Below, piece by piece: positions 1-8,430 of a stretch of 64,000 nucleotides of DNA. Position 1 is the stretch's first letter; every line of letters begins with the position of its first letter. Both the position numbers and the translations under genes were made by a program. This stretch comes from Alphaproteobacteria bacterium (GTDB lineage Bacteria > Pseudomonadota > Alphaproteobacteria > Micavibrionales > UBA2020). The notes below the pieces were generated by a model. The model did not search any database and was not told where the DNA came from. It was given only the letters and a program-made list of their open reading frames with translations. Location of the stretch: the NCBI GenBank assembly GCA_016124645.1, contig WGNE01000034.1, forward strand, positions 19,852 through 83,851. Reading direction: 5' to 3'.

Positions 1-71
1 TCATTCTCGCCCCCTCGCAAAACTGCCTGAGATACACGCAGACCGGGCTGACGACGAGCGGCATCCATGCC

Positions 72-452
72 GTGAGCACCGGCGACATCACCCGCGTGCA
101 CGTCGATCGGAACGACGAGGGGGCGAGCGTGATAGAAACCCCCGGCGTCATGAAAGACGGCCACAGCTGGATCAGCACCTACCCCGTCGCCATGCCGCTG
201 ACAACCCTGCTGGACGTGCTCAACGCCGCGCAGAAGCACGACCTGACCTTCGACCTGTCCACGCCGGAAAAGCAGCGCGAAACACGCAAGCTGTTCGAAA
301 GCGGCACCTTCCAGCCGCCGCGCGACGAAGCGCTCATGGCGGTCTTCAACAAGATGGCGCGGGAGCTGGCCGACATCCGCGCCGCCATCGAGCCGAAGGA
401 AATCGAAAAGCCGCGCCTGCAGGGCGCGCCGCCGCCGCCGGGAAAACCTTGA
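72..452 (+). CDS. hypothetical protein (possibly 5'-truncated by the window edge)
   Basis: 126-aa ORF. The same frame has no stop back to nt 3, so the real start may lie upstream of the window. No recognisable motif. Confidence 0.4.
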   Translation: MSTGDITRVHVDRNDEGASVIETPGVMKDGHSWISTYPVAMPLTTLLDVLNAAQKHDLTFDLSTPEKQRETRKLFESGTFQPPRDEALMAVFNKMARELADIRAAIEPKEIEKPRLQGAPPPPGKP

Positions 453-638
453 TGCACCGCAGCGCGCCCTCGCGCCTGACATAATCACGCGATTTTTCGG
501 CTTTTCGTCAAAAAAACGCGCCCCGCAATATTGCGCTTCGCGGCAAAACCTTCTAAACAATCAGGAAAACGACGATAGATAGAGGGAACCGTCACCGTTA
601 AACAAGACAGGTTCCGGCCTCGGCCGGCGGAGAGCATC

Positions 639-1583
639 ATGCCCGCGACCACCGCAGAAACGCAACAGGCAGAAAAGACCGAAAGACTTCCCGGTTTCTT
701 CGGCTATACCCGCAAGTTCGCCTCGGGCCTCCTGAAAGACAGCAAGTTCTGGTCGCGCTTCAACGCCATCCCCAACGGCGGGCTTTTCATCGCGCAGGGC
801 GTCGTGGGCGGTTTTTTCCTGCTCGCCTCATCCGCGCCCGTCGGCGTCGTCGCGGCGGGGCTCGTCGGCTGCGCCATGCTGACCACCGTCGGGCTTTACG
901 GCATCGGCTACGGGCTGCCCCGCGCGTGGCAGAGCATGGAATCCCTTTGCAAGAGAACCTTCCCCAAGTTCAACCCGCTGCGGGCCATCCGCAAGTCCCT
1001 GCTCAGCTTCCAGCGCAAGGCGGGCCGAACGAAACTGGGAAAGAAAATCGCCAACAGCCCTGTCATGCGCCACTGGCCGCACCTGAAGCACGAGCACCAG
1101 CAGGACATCTTCCTCGCCGCGCTGACGCTGGAAGGCGCCACGGTCGCCGGCACCGCGTGGGCCTTCGTGGTCGCGCCGCACGTCATGGCCCTGCCCGCCG
1201 TCACCGTCGGCGGCGCGGCGCTGATGGGCTGGGGAGCGTGGACAATCAGCGCCTGCCTGTTCGACATCTATAACGCGGGAAAGACGCTCGTCCAGTCCGC
1301 GAACAAATGGTGGAAGGACAGGAAACTGGCCAAATCCGGCCAGAAGCCGCAAGCAGCCCCCGCCCCGAAAACGGGACCGCAGCAGGCGGCGAAACCGGAG
1401 AAGCCGGCCAAGCCCGAAAAACAAGCGAAACCCGTGGAGCCGGCGAAAAAATCAGCCCGCCTGCCCGCGGATGCGAGCGGAAAATTCAACAAGAAATCCG
1501 CAAAAACCACTGAAAAGACCGCGGTGCCCGCCGCCGCGCAAAAGAAGAAGCCCGCGCCCAAGCCGCCGAAGCCCGGCGCCTAA
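639..1583 (+). CDS. hypothetical membrane protein with Lys/Pro/Ala-rich C-terminal tail
   Basis: 314-aa ORF with hydrophobic helices (GLFIAQGVVGGFFLLASSAPVGVVAAGLVGCAMLTTVGLYGIGYGL; later GATVAGTAWAFVVAPHVMALPAVTVGGAALMGWGAWTI). Low-complexity KPEKPAKPEKQAKP tail. The overlapping minus-strand ORFs look like GC-rich shadow ORFs. Confidence 0.55.
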   Translation: MPATTAETQQAEKTERLPGFFGYTRKFASGLLKDSKFWSRFNAIPNGGLFIAQGVVGGFFLLASSAPVGVVAAGLVGCAMLTTVGLYGIGYGLPRAWQSMESLCKRTFPKFNPLRAIRKSLLSFQRKAGRTKLGKKIANSPVMRHWPHLKHEHQQDIFLAALTLEGATVAGTAWAFVVAPHVMALPAVTVGGAALMGWGAWTISACLFDIYNAGKTLVQSANKWWKDRKLAKSGQKPQAAPAPKTGPQQAAKPEKPAKPEKQAKPVEPAKKSARLPADASGKFNKKSAKTTEKTAVPAAAQKKKPAPKPPKPGA

Positions 1584-1604
1584 AGCTTAAGCATCAAGAA
1601 GTTT

Positions 1605-3485
1605 TCAGGAAGCGACGAGACCCTTTTCGATCGCCATGTTCATACGGCGCACGAATTCGGAAGGATTGGCCAGCGGCTCTCCCTCCACGATGCGCGCCTG
1701 ATCGAGCAGCAAGAGCGCGGTTTCGCGCAGCAGCGTCGATTTCGGGTCGTTCGCCGCCAGCGTCTTCAGCCGCGCGATGACGGGGTGCTTGTCGTTGATC
1801 TCCAGCACATGCTGGTGCTTGCCCTCGTAGCCCTGCGATTTCTTCAGCATGCGCTGCATGTGGATATCGACGTCGTTTTCCGGCGCGACGAGGCAGACCG
1901 GGCTATCGACGAGGCGTTCGGAAACGGCGACGTCCTTCACCTCATCTTTCAAAATATCCTTCAGCGCGGCGATCAGCTTTTCGGTCGCGTCCTGCGCGGC
2001 CTGCTTTTCCTCGGGCGTTTTCTTTTCCTCTTCCGTCGTCTCGTCCTTGCCGGACTTCACCTTGGAAAGCTCGGCCGAGCCGCGGGTGATGGATTTCAGC
2101 TTCTTCTGCTTGTAGCTGTCCTGCATGGGCAGCCAGAATTCGTCGATGGTGTCGGTCATGAACAGGACCTCGACCCCCTTGGCGCGGAAGGCCTCGAGCT
2201 GCGGGCTGTTGCGCGCGGCTTCGACGGTGGGAGCGGAGAGGTAATAGATATGCTCCTGCCCGTCCTTCATGCGCTCCACGTATTCGTCGAGCGAGACCAG
2301 CCCCTCGCCCTGCGATGAATAGAAACGCGCGACGCGGCACAGCTGCTCGCGGTAGGCATGGGCGTCGTAAAGACCTTCCTTGATGACGGGGCCGAACAGC
2401 GCCCAGAAATTCTCGAATTCCTTCAGGTCGTTTTTCGCCTTGTCTTCCAGCTCCGACAAGATCTTGCGGGTGATGGCGCCGCTCATTTTCGCAATCACGG
2501 GATTGGCCTGCAGCATCTCGCGGCTGATGTTGAGCGGCAAATCCTCGCTGTCCACCACGCCCTTCATGAAGCGCAGGAAGGGCGGGATGAGCCCTTCCAC
2601 CCCGTCGGTGATGAAGACGCGGCGCACGTAAAGCTTCACCCCGTGCTGGCGGCGCGGGTCGTAAAGGTCGAAGGGCTTCATGGAGGGGATGAAGAGCAGG
2701 TTGTTGTACTCGATCGCCCCTTCCGCGCGCCAGTGCAGCGTCATCCACGGCTCGTCCATCTGCAGCCCGCCGGAAACGCTGCGGTAGAATTCCTTGTATT
2801 GCTCTTCCGTCACCTCGTTCTTCGGCCGCATCCACAGGGCGGAGGCCGCGTTGACCACCACGCCGCTCATCTCGATGGGGAAGGAGATATGGTCGGAATA
2901 TTTCTTGATGACGTGCTTCAACCGCTCCTCCAGCAGGAATTCGGAGGCGTCGTCCTTCACGTGCAGGGTGATTTGCGTGCCGGGCTCGTCTTTCAGCGCC
3001 TCGTCCACCGTGTAGCTGCCGCGCCCGTCGGAGGACCAGACATGCGCGACCTTCTCGCCCGCGCGGCGGCTGAGCACATCGACCTTGTCCGCGATCATGA
3101 AGGCGGAATAAAAGCCGACGCCGAACTGGCCGATGAGGTTGCTGTTCTTCTTGTCGTCGCCGTTGAGCTGCTTCACCAGCTCGCGCGTGCCGGAATGGGC
3201 GATGGTGCCGAGGTTCTGGATCAGCTCGTCCTTCGTCATGCCGATGCCGTTGTCGGACACGGTGACGGTGCGCGCGTCCGCGTCGAAGGCGACGGTGATC
3301 CTGAAATCGCTGTTGCCCTCGGCCAGCTCCGGTTTCGCGATGGCTTCGTAGCGCAGCCTGTCGCAGGCGTCGGAGGCGTTGGAGATCAGCTCGCGCAGGA
3401 AAATCTCGCGCTCGGTGTAGAGCGCGTTGGCGACGATGTCGAGCAGGCGGCTGACTTCCGCCTGGAATTCGCGTTGCTCGGTCAT
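1605..3485 (-). CDS. htpG: molecular chaperone HtpG (Hsp90 family)
   Basis: N-terminus MTEQREFQAEVSRLLDIVANALYTEREIFLRELISNASDACDRLRYE and the DNGIGM motif are Hsp90 GHKL signatures. Start placed at ATG 3485 (GGGAGA Shine-Dalgarno about 6 nt upstream), not the ORF-track start 3509. Confidence 0.95.
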   Translation of the reverse strand: MTEQREFQAEVSRLLDIVANALYTEREIFLRELISNASDACDRLRYEAIAKPELAEGNSDFRITVAFDADARTVTVSDNGIGMTKDELIQNLGTIAHSGTRELVKQLNGDDKKNSNLIGQFGVGFYSAFMIADKVDVLSRRAGEKVAHVWSSDGRGSYTVDEALKDEPGTQITLHVKDDASEFLLEERLKHVIKKYSDHISFPIEMSGVVVNAASALWMRPKNEVTEEQYKEFYRSVSGGLQMDEPWMTLHWRAEGAIEYNNLLFIPSMKPFDLYDPRRQHGVKLYVRRVFITDGVEGLIPPFLRFMKGVVDSEDLPLNISREMLQANPVIAKMSGAITRKILSELEDKAKNDLKEFENFWALFGPVIKEGLYDAHAYREQLCRVARFYSSQGEGLVSLDEYVERMKDGQEHIYYLSAPTVEAARNSPQLEAFRAKGVEVLFMTDTIDEFWLPMQDSYKQKKLKSITRGSAELSKVKSGKDETTEEEKKTPEEKQAAQDATEKLIAALKDILKDEVKDVAVSERLVDSPVCLVAPENDVDIHMQRMLKKSQGYEGKHQHVLEINDKHPVIARLKTLAANDPKSTLLRETALLLLDQARIVEGEPLANPSEFVRRMNMAIEKGLVAS

Positions 3486-3531
3486 GTTCTTTCTCCCTGT
3501 GGTGTCCAAGTTCGTGGCATCGGAATTGCCT

Positions 3532-3559
3532 GAAAATATTGCCCTAAAATATGGTCAAG
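3532..3559 (-). promoter_or_regulatory. candidate heat-shock (sigma-32-like) promoter of htpG
   Basis: The minus strand reads CTTG-N17-TATTTTC about 45 nt upstream of the htpG ATG, resembling the alphaproteobacterial RpoH consensus CTTG-N17-CYTATNT. Motif-level only. Confidence 0.25.
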
Positions 3560-4145
3560 GATTGAGCCGCGTCAAGTCCCAGCCCTCCGCCGTGCGGGTG
3601 AAGACGAAGCGGTCGTGCAGCCGCCCTTCCCCCTGCTGCCAGAATTCGATGGCCGAAGGCGTGACGGCATAGCCGCCCCAATGCGGCGGGCGCGGCACGT
3701 CCTGCCCCTTGTATTTTTCCGCGATCTCGCGCACCCGCGTCTCCAGCGCCGCGCGGCTTTCCAGCGGCTGCGACTGGCGGCTGGCCCATGCGCCCAGCTT
3801 GCTCAAGGGGTGGCGGGTGTGGAAATAGGCGTCCGCCTCCCACGCCGGCACGGGGGCGGCCCTGCCTTCCACCCGCACCTGCCGCCCGCAGGTCTTCCAG
3901 TGGATGCAGAGCGCGACGTTGCCGTTATGTGAAATTTCTTCGCCCTTGCGGCTTTTCATATTGGTATAGAAATAAAATCCCGACTCGTCCGCCTGTTTCA
4001 AAAGCACCATGCGCACGGAAGGACGCCCGTCCGCCCCCACGGTGGCAAGGGCCATGGCCTCGGGGTCGTTCGGCTCGGATTTGCGCGCTTCGTCCAGCCA
4101 TTCTTCAAATAATTCAACAGGATTTTTTTCGCGCAGGATTTCCAT
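3555..4145 (-). CDS. pdxH: pyridoxamine 5'-phosphate oxidase
   Basis: 196 aa. Contains RMVLLKQADESGFYFYTNMKSRKG and the C-terminal IEFWQQGEGRLHDRFVF motif typical of PdxH. Confidence 0.9.
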   Translation of the reverse strand: MEILREKNPVELFEEWLDEARKSEPNDPEAMALATVGADGRPSVRMVLLKQADESGFYFYTNMKSRKGEEISHNGNVALCIHWKTCGRQVRVEGRAAPVPAWEADAYFHTRHPLSKLGAWASRQSQPLESRAALETRVREIAEKYKGQDVPRPPHWGGYAVTPSAIEFWQQGEGRLHDRFVFTRTAEGWDLTRLNP

Positions 4146-4294
4146 TTTTCACCCGTGTAAATAACCGGAATGTTGAAAAACAAAGATAATCTTTGTCTTG
4201 CAGCAACCAAAACTTATGCTAGAACGTTATATATAGTGGAATTGTCTTACTGGCAATTCTACTGGCAGAAATTCCAAGAAAGGCGGAACACAAG

Positions 4295-4789
4295 ATGAAA
4301 GCACAAGTTATCGGATTGATCATGATTGCGTCGCTCGGCCTCGCCGGTTGCGCGCAAAATGGTCAGGAAAACGCATGGGGCATGGGCAACAAGCAGACGA
4401 TGGGCGCGCTTGGCGGCGCCGTCATCGGCGGCACCCTCGGCTCGCATGTCGGCAAAGGCAGCGGCAAGGCATGGATGACCGGCGTCGGCACCCTGCTGGG
4501 CGCGCTGGCAGGCAGCTCGATCGGCCAGTCGCTCGACCAGGCTGACCGCATGTACGCGAACCAGGCCATGAACCGGGCCTATGACGCGCCGCTCAACAGC
4601 ACGGTCAAATGGGACAACCCGCAATCGGGCCACAGCGGTTCCTACACCCCGATCCGCGAAGGCGTGAACTCGGCCACCGGCTACCGTTGCCGCGAATACA
4701 AGCAGTCGATCTTCGTCGATGGCCAGGCGCAGACCGCGACCGGCCAGGCTTGCCAGCAAAGCGACGGCTCCTGGAAAGTCATCAACTAA
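4295..4789 (+). CDS. glycine-zipper outer-membrane lipoprotein (17-kDa surface antigen / SlyB-Pcp-like)
   Basis: Signal peptide with lipobox LAG|C. Glycine zipper GALGGAVIGGTLGSHVGKGSG...GVGTLLGALAGSSIG. C-terminal Cys-containing domain. Confidence 0.75.
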   Translation: MKAQVIGLIMIASLGLAGCAQNGQENAWGMGNKQTMGALGGAVIGGTLGSHVGKGSGKAWMTGVGTLLGALAGSSIGQSLDQADRMYANQAMNRAYDAPLNSTVKWDNPQSGHSGSYTPIREGVNSATGYRCREYKQSIFVDGQAQTATGQACQQSDGSWKVIN

Positions 4790-4807
4790 AGACGGCTGAT
4801 ACCGTTA

Positions 4808-4842
4808 AAAAAGGCCATTCCTTCGGGAATGGCCTTTTTTCT
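4808..4842. terminator. bidirectional Rho-independent terminator
   Basis: Stem GGCCATTCC / GGAATGGCC with TTCG loop, A-run before and T-run after. Lies between convergent genes. Confidence 0.8.
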
Positions 4843-4861
4843 TGTCCGGTAAGTGAAAATT

Positions 4862-5413
4862 TTAAAAGTCGCAGGCCTTGCTGATGGCGTCATAGGCATC
4901 CGCGCTGCCGTGCAGGCTGTAGGTGTCGGTGATGACGTTGCCCCGGCCCGAGGTGCCGCGCACCGTCACGGCGCTGCCGCGGCGCAGGGCGTCGGTCAGG
5001 CGCTCGTCCCCGGCGCCGTCGGTCATCCATGCCATGTCGGCATCCGCGTTCTTGCGCACGTTCGCGCCGGTCTCCATCGTGAAATCCGTGCCATCGACGG
5101 TGATCGAGACCTTGCTGCCCTTGCGGTAGGGGAAACCGGCCGAAACAGTGACGGCGGTCTTCTCGCGGTCCTGCGGCCAGTGGGTGATGAAGAGGAAGGA
5201 CGCATCGCGGTTCTTCAGGTGCATGCTGCTGCGCGTGGATTTGGGTGCGCTGGCCATGTAGCAGACCTTGCGACCGCCGTCCATGAAATAGGCCGCGCTC
5301 CAGTCGCCGTACTGGCCGATGGGGGTGGCGTCGCCGCCGGCCGCCTGCGCCGCCGCGCTTGCCAGAAGGACCGCCAGACCGGTCGAAGTCGCCAGAAGAT
5401 GGAATGCTTTCAT
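4862..5413 (-). CDS. invasion-associated locus B (IalB)-like exported protein
   Basis: Start set at MKAFHLLATSTGLAVLLASAAAQAAG (signal peptide; GAAGGAGG Shine-Dalgarno upstream). WSAAYFMDGGRKVCYMAS and the C-terminal Cys pattern resemble the IalB family. Confidence 0.7.
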   Translation of the reverse strand: MKAFHLLATSTGLAVLLASAAAQAAGGDATPIGQYGDWSAAYFMDGGRKVCYMASAPKSTRSSMHLKNRDASFLFITHWPQDREKTAVTVSAGFPYRKGSKVSITVDGTDFTMETGANVRKNADADMAWMTDGAGDERLTDALRRGSAVTVRGTSGRGNVITDTYSLHGSADAYDAISKACDF

Positions 5414-5462
5414 GGGAACCTCCTTCAAAAAAACCAAAGTTATGAGCACGTTACCCCCTGAA

Positions 5463-5491
5463 TGATCCAAATCCAAGCAAAAACCGTAAAA
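5463..5491 (+). promoter_or_regulatory. candidate ECF (RpoE/ChrR-type) autoregulated promoter
   Basis: TGATCC-N17-GTAAAA upstream of the ECF sigma gene. TGATCC is the -35 element described for RpoE-ChrR regulons. Confidence 0.35.
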
Positions 5492-5535
5492 AACGCAGAA
5501 TTAACGCCGCAACGAAAGCCGCAAGAAAGCCGCCT

Positions 5536-6243
5536 ATGCGCCCTGAAAACGCCGCCATCGACCGCCAAGCCGCGCCCCCGCCGGAAGTGCTTGCTTTCCG
5601 GGGGCGACCGCGCCTACAAAAGAGCATGGCGTCCGGCAAATCCCATAAGCCCCCGCAAGCGCTGCCCGAAAAAGCGGCCAACGCAGGCGCGGCGGAAAAA
5701 GTTCGCTACGAGGACCTACTGGTCCGCGTCGGCGCGGCGAAGGACCGCGCGTCTTTCGTCAGGCTCTTCGAATATTTCGCCCCGCGCGTGAAATCCTACC
5801 TGCTGAAACACGGCGCGTCTGAAACCGCGGCGGAGGAAATCGTGCAGAACACCTTCGTCACCGTCTGGGAAAAGGCGGCGAAGTACAACCCGAAGAAGGC
5901 CGCCGCCAGCACCTGGATCTTCACCATCGCGCGGAACAAGCGCATCGACGCGCTGCGCCGCGAAAAATTCGTGGACGTGAATTCAGACGCCCCCGCCATG
6001 GAGAACGCCAGCTATACCGCCGAGGAAGACTACGCCACGGCCGAGGACGTGAACAAGCTCAACACCGCCATCGACACGCTGCCGCCCGAACAGGCCGCGC
6101 TGCTGCGCATGGCGTTTTTCGAGGAAAAATCGCACAGCGCGATATCGAGGGAAACGCACCTGCCGCTGGGCACGGTGAAGTCGCGCCTGCGCCTCGCGCT
6201 CGACAAGCTGCGCGGCATCATGGGAACGGGAGACGCGCGATGA
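5536..6243 (+). CDS. rpoE: ECF-type RNA polymerase sigma factor (RpoE-like)
   Basis: Region 2 (IVQNTFVTVWEKAAKYNPKKAAASTWIFTIARNKRIDALRRE) and region 4 (LPPEQAALLRMAFFEEKSHSAISRETHLPLGTVKSRLRLALDKLR). An alternative start at ATG 5626 (MASGK) gives a more typical length of about 205 aa. Confidence 0.85.
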   Translation: MRPENAAIDRQAAPPPEVLAFRGRPRLQKSMASGKSHKPPQALPEKAANAGAAEKVRYEDLLVRVGAAKDRASFVRLFEYFAPRVKSYLLKHGASETAAEEIVQNTFVTVWEKAAKYNPKKAAASTWIFTIARNKRIDALRREKFVDVNSDAPAMENASYTAEEDYATAEDVNKLNTAIDTLPPEQAALLRMAFFEEKSHSAISRETHLPLGTVKSRLRLALDKLRGIMGTGDAR

Positions 6244-6938
6244 CGGTGACGCCGACAGGAACCCGCGCCTACAGCGCGCACGATATCCTTTTAATGCACT
6301 ACGCCGCCGGAAGGCTGTGCCCGCATGAATCCATCATCGTCGCCGCGCATGTGCTGCTGAACGAGCAGGCCCGCCAGCGCGTGGCCGAGTTCGAGGCGCT
6401 GGGCGGGCAGCTGATGTGCAGCGGGAAGCCCGCCGCCGTGACCGACGAATGCCTCGCGCGCGTCCTGCGCCGCATCGAGCAGGCGCCCCAAGACCTTCCC
6501 GCCCCCACGCCCTGCGACGAGAAGAAAGCGCAGGACCTGCACATCCCCGTCGCGGTCTATGCGCTCATCACCTCTTTCTGCGCGCAGGGGCCTTACGGCT
6601 GGTCGCAGCTGGCGCATGGCGTCGCGCGCATCGACCTGATGCCCGAATGCGCGAAGAAGGCGGCGGACAAGAAGCTGCAGCTCATGAAGCTGGAACCCGG
6701 AGAGGCCGCGCCGCCCCACGCGCATGAAGGGCGCGAGCTCACCCTCGTGCTGGAAGGCGGCTTCACCGACGCCACCGGCAGCTACGGGCCGGGCGACATC
6801 CTCATCATCGACAACCCCGCCGTGGTCCACCAGCCCACCGCCACGCAGGAGGGCTGCGTCTGCCTCACCCTGACCGAGGCGCCGCTCGGCTTCATTCATC
6901 CGCTTTACCGCCTGCTTCACGCTTTTTTCGGCTCCTGA
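6240..6938 (+). CDS. chrR: ChrR-like anti-sigma factor with C-terminal cupin domain
   Basis: ATGA start/stop overlap with the sigma gene. N-terminal HDILLMHYAAGRL...AAHVLL anti-sigma domain. Cupin motif PPHAHEGRELTLVLEGGFTD..GSYGPGD. Confidence 0.8.
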   Translation: MTVTPTGTRAYSAHDILLMHYAAGRLCPHESIIVAAHVLLNEQARQRVAEFEALGGQLMCSGKPAAVTDECLARVLRRIEQAPQDLPAPTPCDEKKAQDLHIPVAVYALITSFCAQGPYGWSQLAHGVARIDLMPECAKKAADKKLQLMKLEPGEAAPPHAHEGRELTLVLEGGFTDATGSYGPGDILIIDNPAVVHQPTATQEGCVCLTLTEAPLGFIHPLYRLLHAFFGS

Positions 6939-7049
6939 CCCCCGTTTTTTCGCCATACAGGACCGGTTTGCGGGCTGTTTTACGCCCGCCGGAAGGCCTA
7001 TATTAGAAAAAAGAGATATGATTCACGCCAAACCCCAAGGAGACGGCAC

Positions 7050-7322
7050 ATGCAACACGATCTCGCACATGAATTCCCCGAGATGAAAGACGCGATCCAC
7101 GCGCTGAAAACCACGGACACGCATTTCAAGAAGCTGTTCGAGGAATACGAAGACATCGCGAAGGAACTCGAGAACGCCGAAGAAGGCGCGGGCGGCATTT
7201 CCGACGCGCACGCGGAAGAGCTGAAGAAAAAACGCCTCGAGCTGAAGGACCAGCTTTACGGCATGCTGAAAAAGGAAGAGCCGAAGAAGGAAGGCTCCTG
7301 CGGCAACTGCGGCTGCAGCTAG
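7050..7322 (+). CDS. DUF465 (YdcH-like) protein with Cys-rich C-terminal extension
   Basis: FPEMKDAIHALKTTDTHFKKLFEEYEDI...EELKKKRLELKDQLY fits DUF465. Ends in KKEGSCGNCGCS. Confidence 0.7.
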   Translation: MQHDLAHEFPEMKDAIHALKTTDTHFKKLFEEYEDIAKELENAEEGAGGISDAHAEELKKKRLELKDQLYGMLKKEEPKKEGSCGNCGCS

Positions 7323-7340
7323 GATAAATTCCGAATGATA

Positions 7341-7377
7341 AAACGAAGCGGCGGGAAGAAATTCCCGCCGTTTTTTA
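7341..7377. terminator. Rho-independent terminator
   Basis: Stem CGGCGGGAA / TTCCCGCCG followed by TTTTTT. Lies between convergent genes. Confidence 0.75.
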
Positions 7378-7386
7378 TCGCGTCGC

Positions 7387-7989
7387 TTAGCCGGGGCCGG
7401 GCCGCCGGATGGTGATCTTCTTCATCGGCCTGATGTCCTGCTGCAGCACGGTGGCGCGCAGGATGCGGGCGCGGGTTTCAGGGGTGTCGAAATTCTTCAG
7501 CGTTTTCTCGATCATCTCGCGGGTGATCGTCTCGCCCTCGACCAGCGTCGCGCCCAGTTCGCCCTCGCGCGCCGAATAGGCTTCCGGCGTGGTCACGCGC
7601 TCGAAATTCTCGCGCCGGCCGATCCAGACCCTGATATTGAAATCCTTCGTCAGCGCGCCGCCCTTGCGGCTGGTCGCCACCAGCTCGTCCGTCATCTCCA
7701 GTACATTGTCGATAAGGGAATAGTCGATCGGCTGCTCGCCCGCGCTGCAGCCGCGCCAGATGCCCTCCATGGTCATGGCGCGGGCGGGGTCCCGCCGCAC
7801 GAACTGGCAGGTGGCCTCGACGAGACAGATGAGGTTGTCGGCCCCGATATCCGGCCCGGCCTGTTCCTGATTGTTTGGTTCCTGGTCCAGAGGAAGGCTC
7901 CCTTGTTCATCCGCGCCTGCTGGCGGCCCGGTTAAGATATTATGTATAATTATATCCCGCCTACCTGTCAAGGCACATACGGGGCGCAT
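7387..7989 (-). CDS. hypothetical protein (start uncertain)
   Basis: 200-aa ORF whose C-terminal two-thirds has normal protein-like composition. An internal Met (MTMEGIW) is an alternative start. No motif recognised. Confidence 0.45.
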   Translation of the reverse strand: MRPVCALTGRRDIIIHNILTGPPAGADEQGSLPLDQEPNNQEQAGPDIGADNLICLVEATCQFVRRDPARAMTMEGIWRGCSAGEQPIDYSLIDNVLEMTDELVATSRKGGALTKDFNIRVWIGRRENFERVTTPEAYSAREGELGATLVEGETITREMIEKTLKNFDTPETRARILRATVLQQDIRPMKKITIRRPGPG

Positions 7990-8088
7990 ATCGGCAACGG
8001 TTTGTAATATATCGTTTTTCCGCTGGAAACGGGACGCGCCGCACCGGGAAAGAAGAATACATAAATGCGCCCGCGTCGCAGTTTTTTA

Positions 8089-8116
8089 TTGACTTTGGGC
8101 CGTGAATGGCTATTTT
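8089..8116 (+). promoter_or_regulatory. candidate sigma-70 promoter of rpmG
   Basis: TTGACT-N16-TATTTT about 70 nt upstream of the rpmG ATG. Confidence 0.4.
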
Positions 8117-8184
8117 CACGGGTCTGAAAAGGAATTTTGCGTCGGCATCCCCGATTCCGGCGCCACAAGCAAGGATAGACGATC

Positions 8185-8355
8185 ATGGCTAAAAAAGGCC
8201 CCCGCGCGACTGTGAAAATGGTGAGCTCCGCCGACACCGGCTATTGCTATTACACCGAAAAGAACTCGCGCAACACGACCGACAAGCTGAAGCTGAAAAA
8301 ATACGATCCGGTCGTGAAAAAGCACGTCGAATTCACCGAAGGCAAGATGAAGTAA
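8185..8355 (+). CDS. rpmG: 50S ribosomal protein L33
   Basis: My own translation gives [56 protein letters not shown] (56 aa, below the ORF-track cutoff), a classic L33 sequence. A terminator follows directly. Confidence 0.9.
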   Translation: MAKKGPRATVKMVSSADTGYCYYTEKNSRNTTDKLKLKKYDPVVKKHVEFTEGKMK

Positions 8356-8377
8356 TTCATCCCGCCTTTCCGGCATT

Positions 8378-8407
8378 AAAAAAGCGGGCGCGATGCCCGC
8401 TTTTTTT
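8378..8407. terminator. bidirectional Rho-independent terminator
   Basis: AAAAAAGCGGGC-GCGAT-GCCCGCTTTTTTT between the convergent rpmG and pleD. Confidence 0.8.
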
Positions 8408-8430
8408 ACGTCCGCATTCTTTTCATGAAA

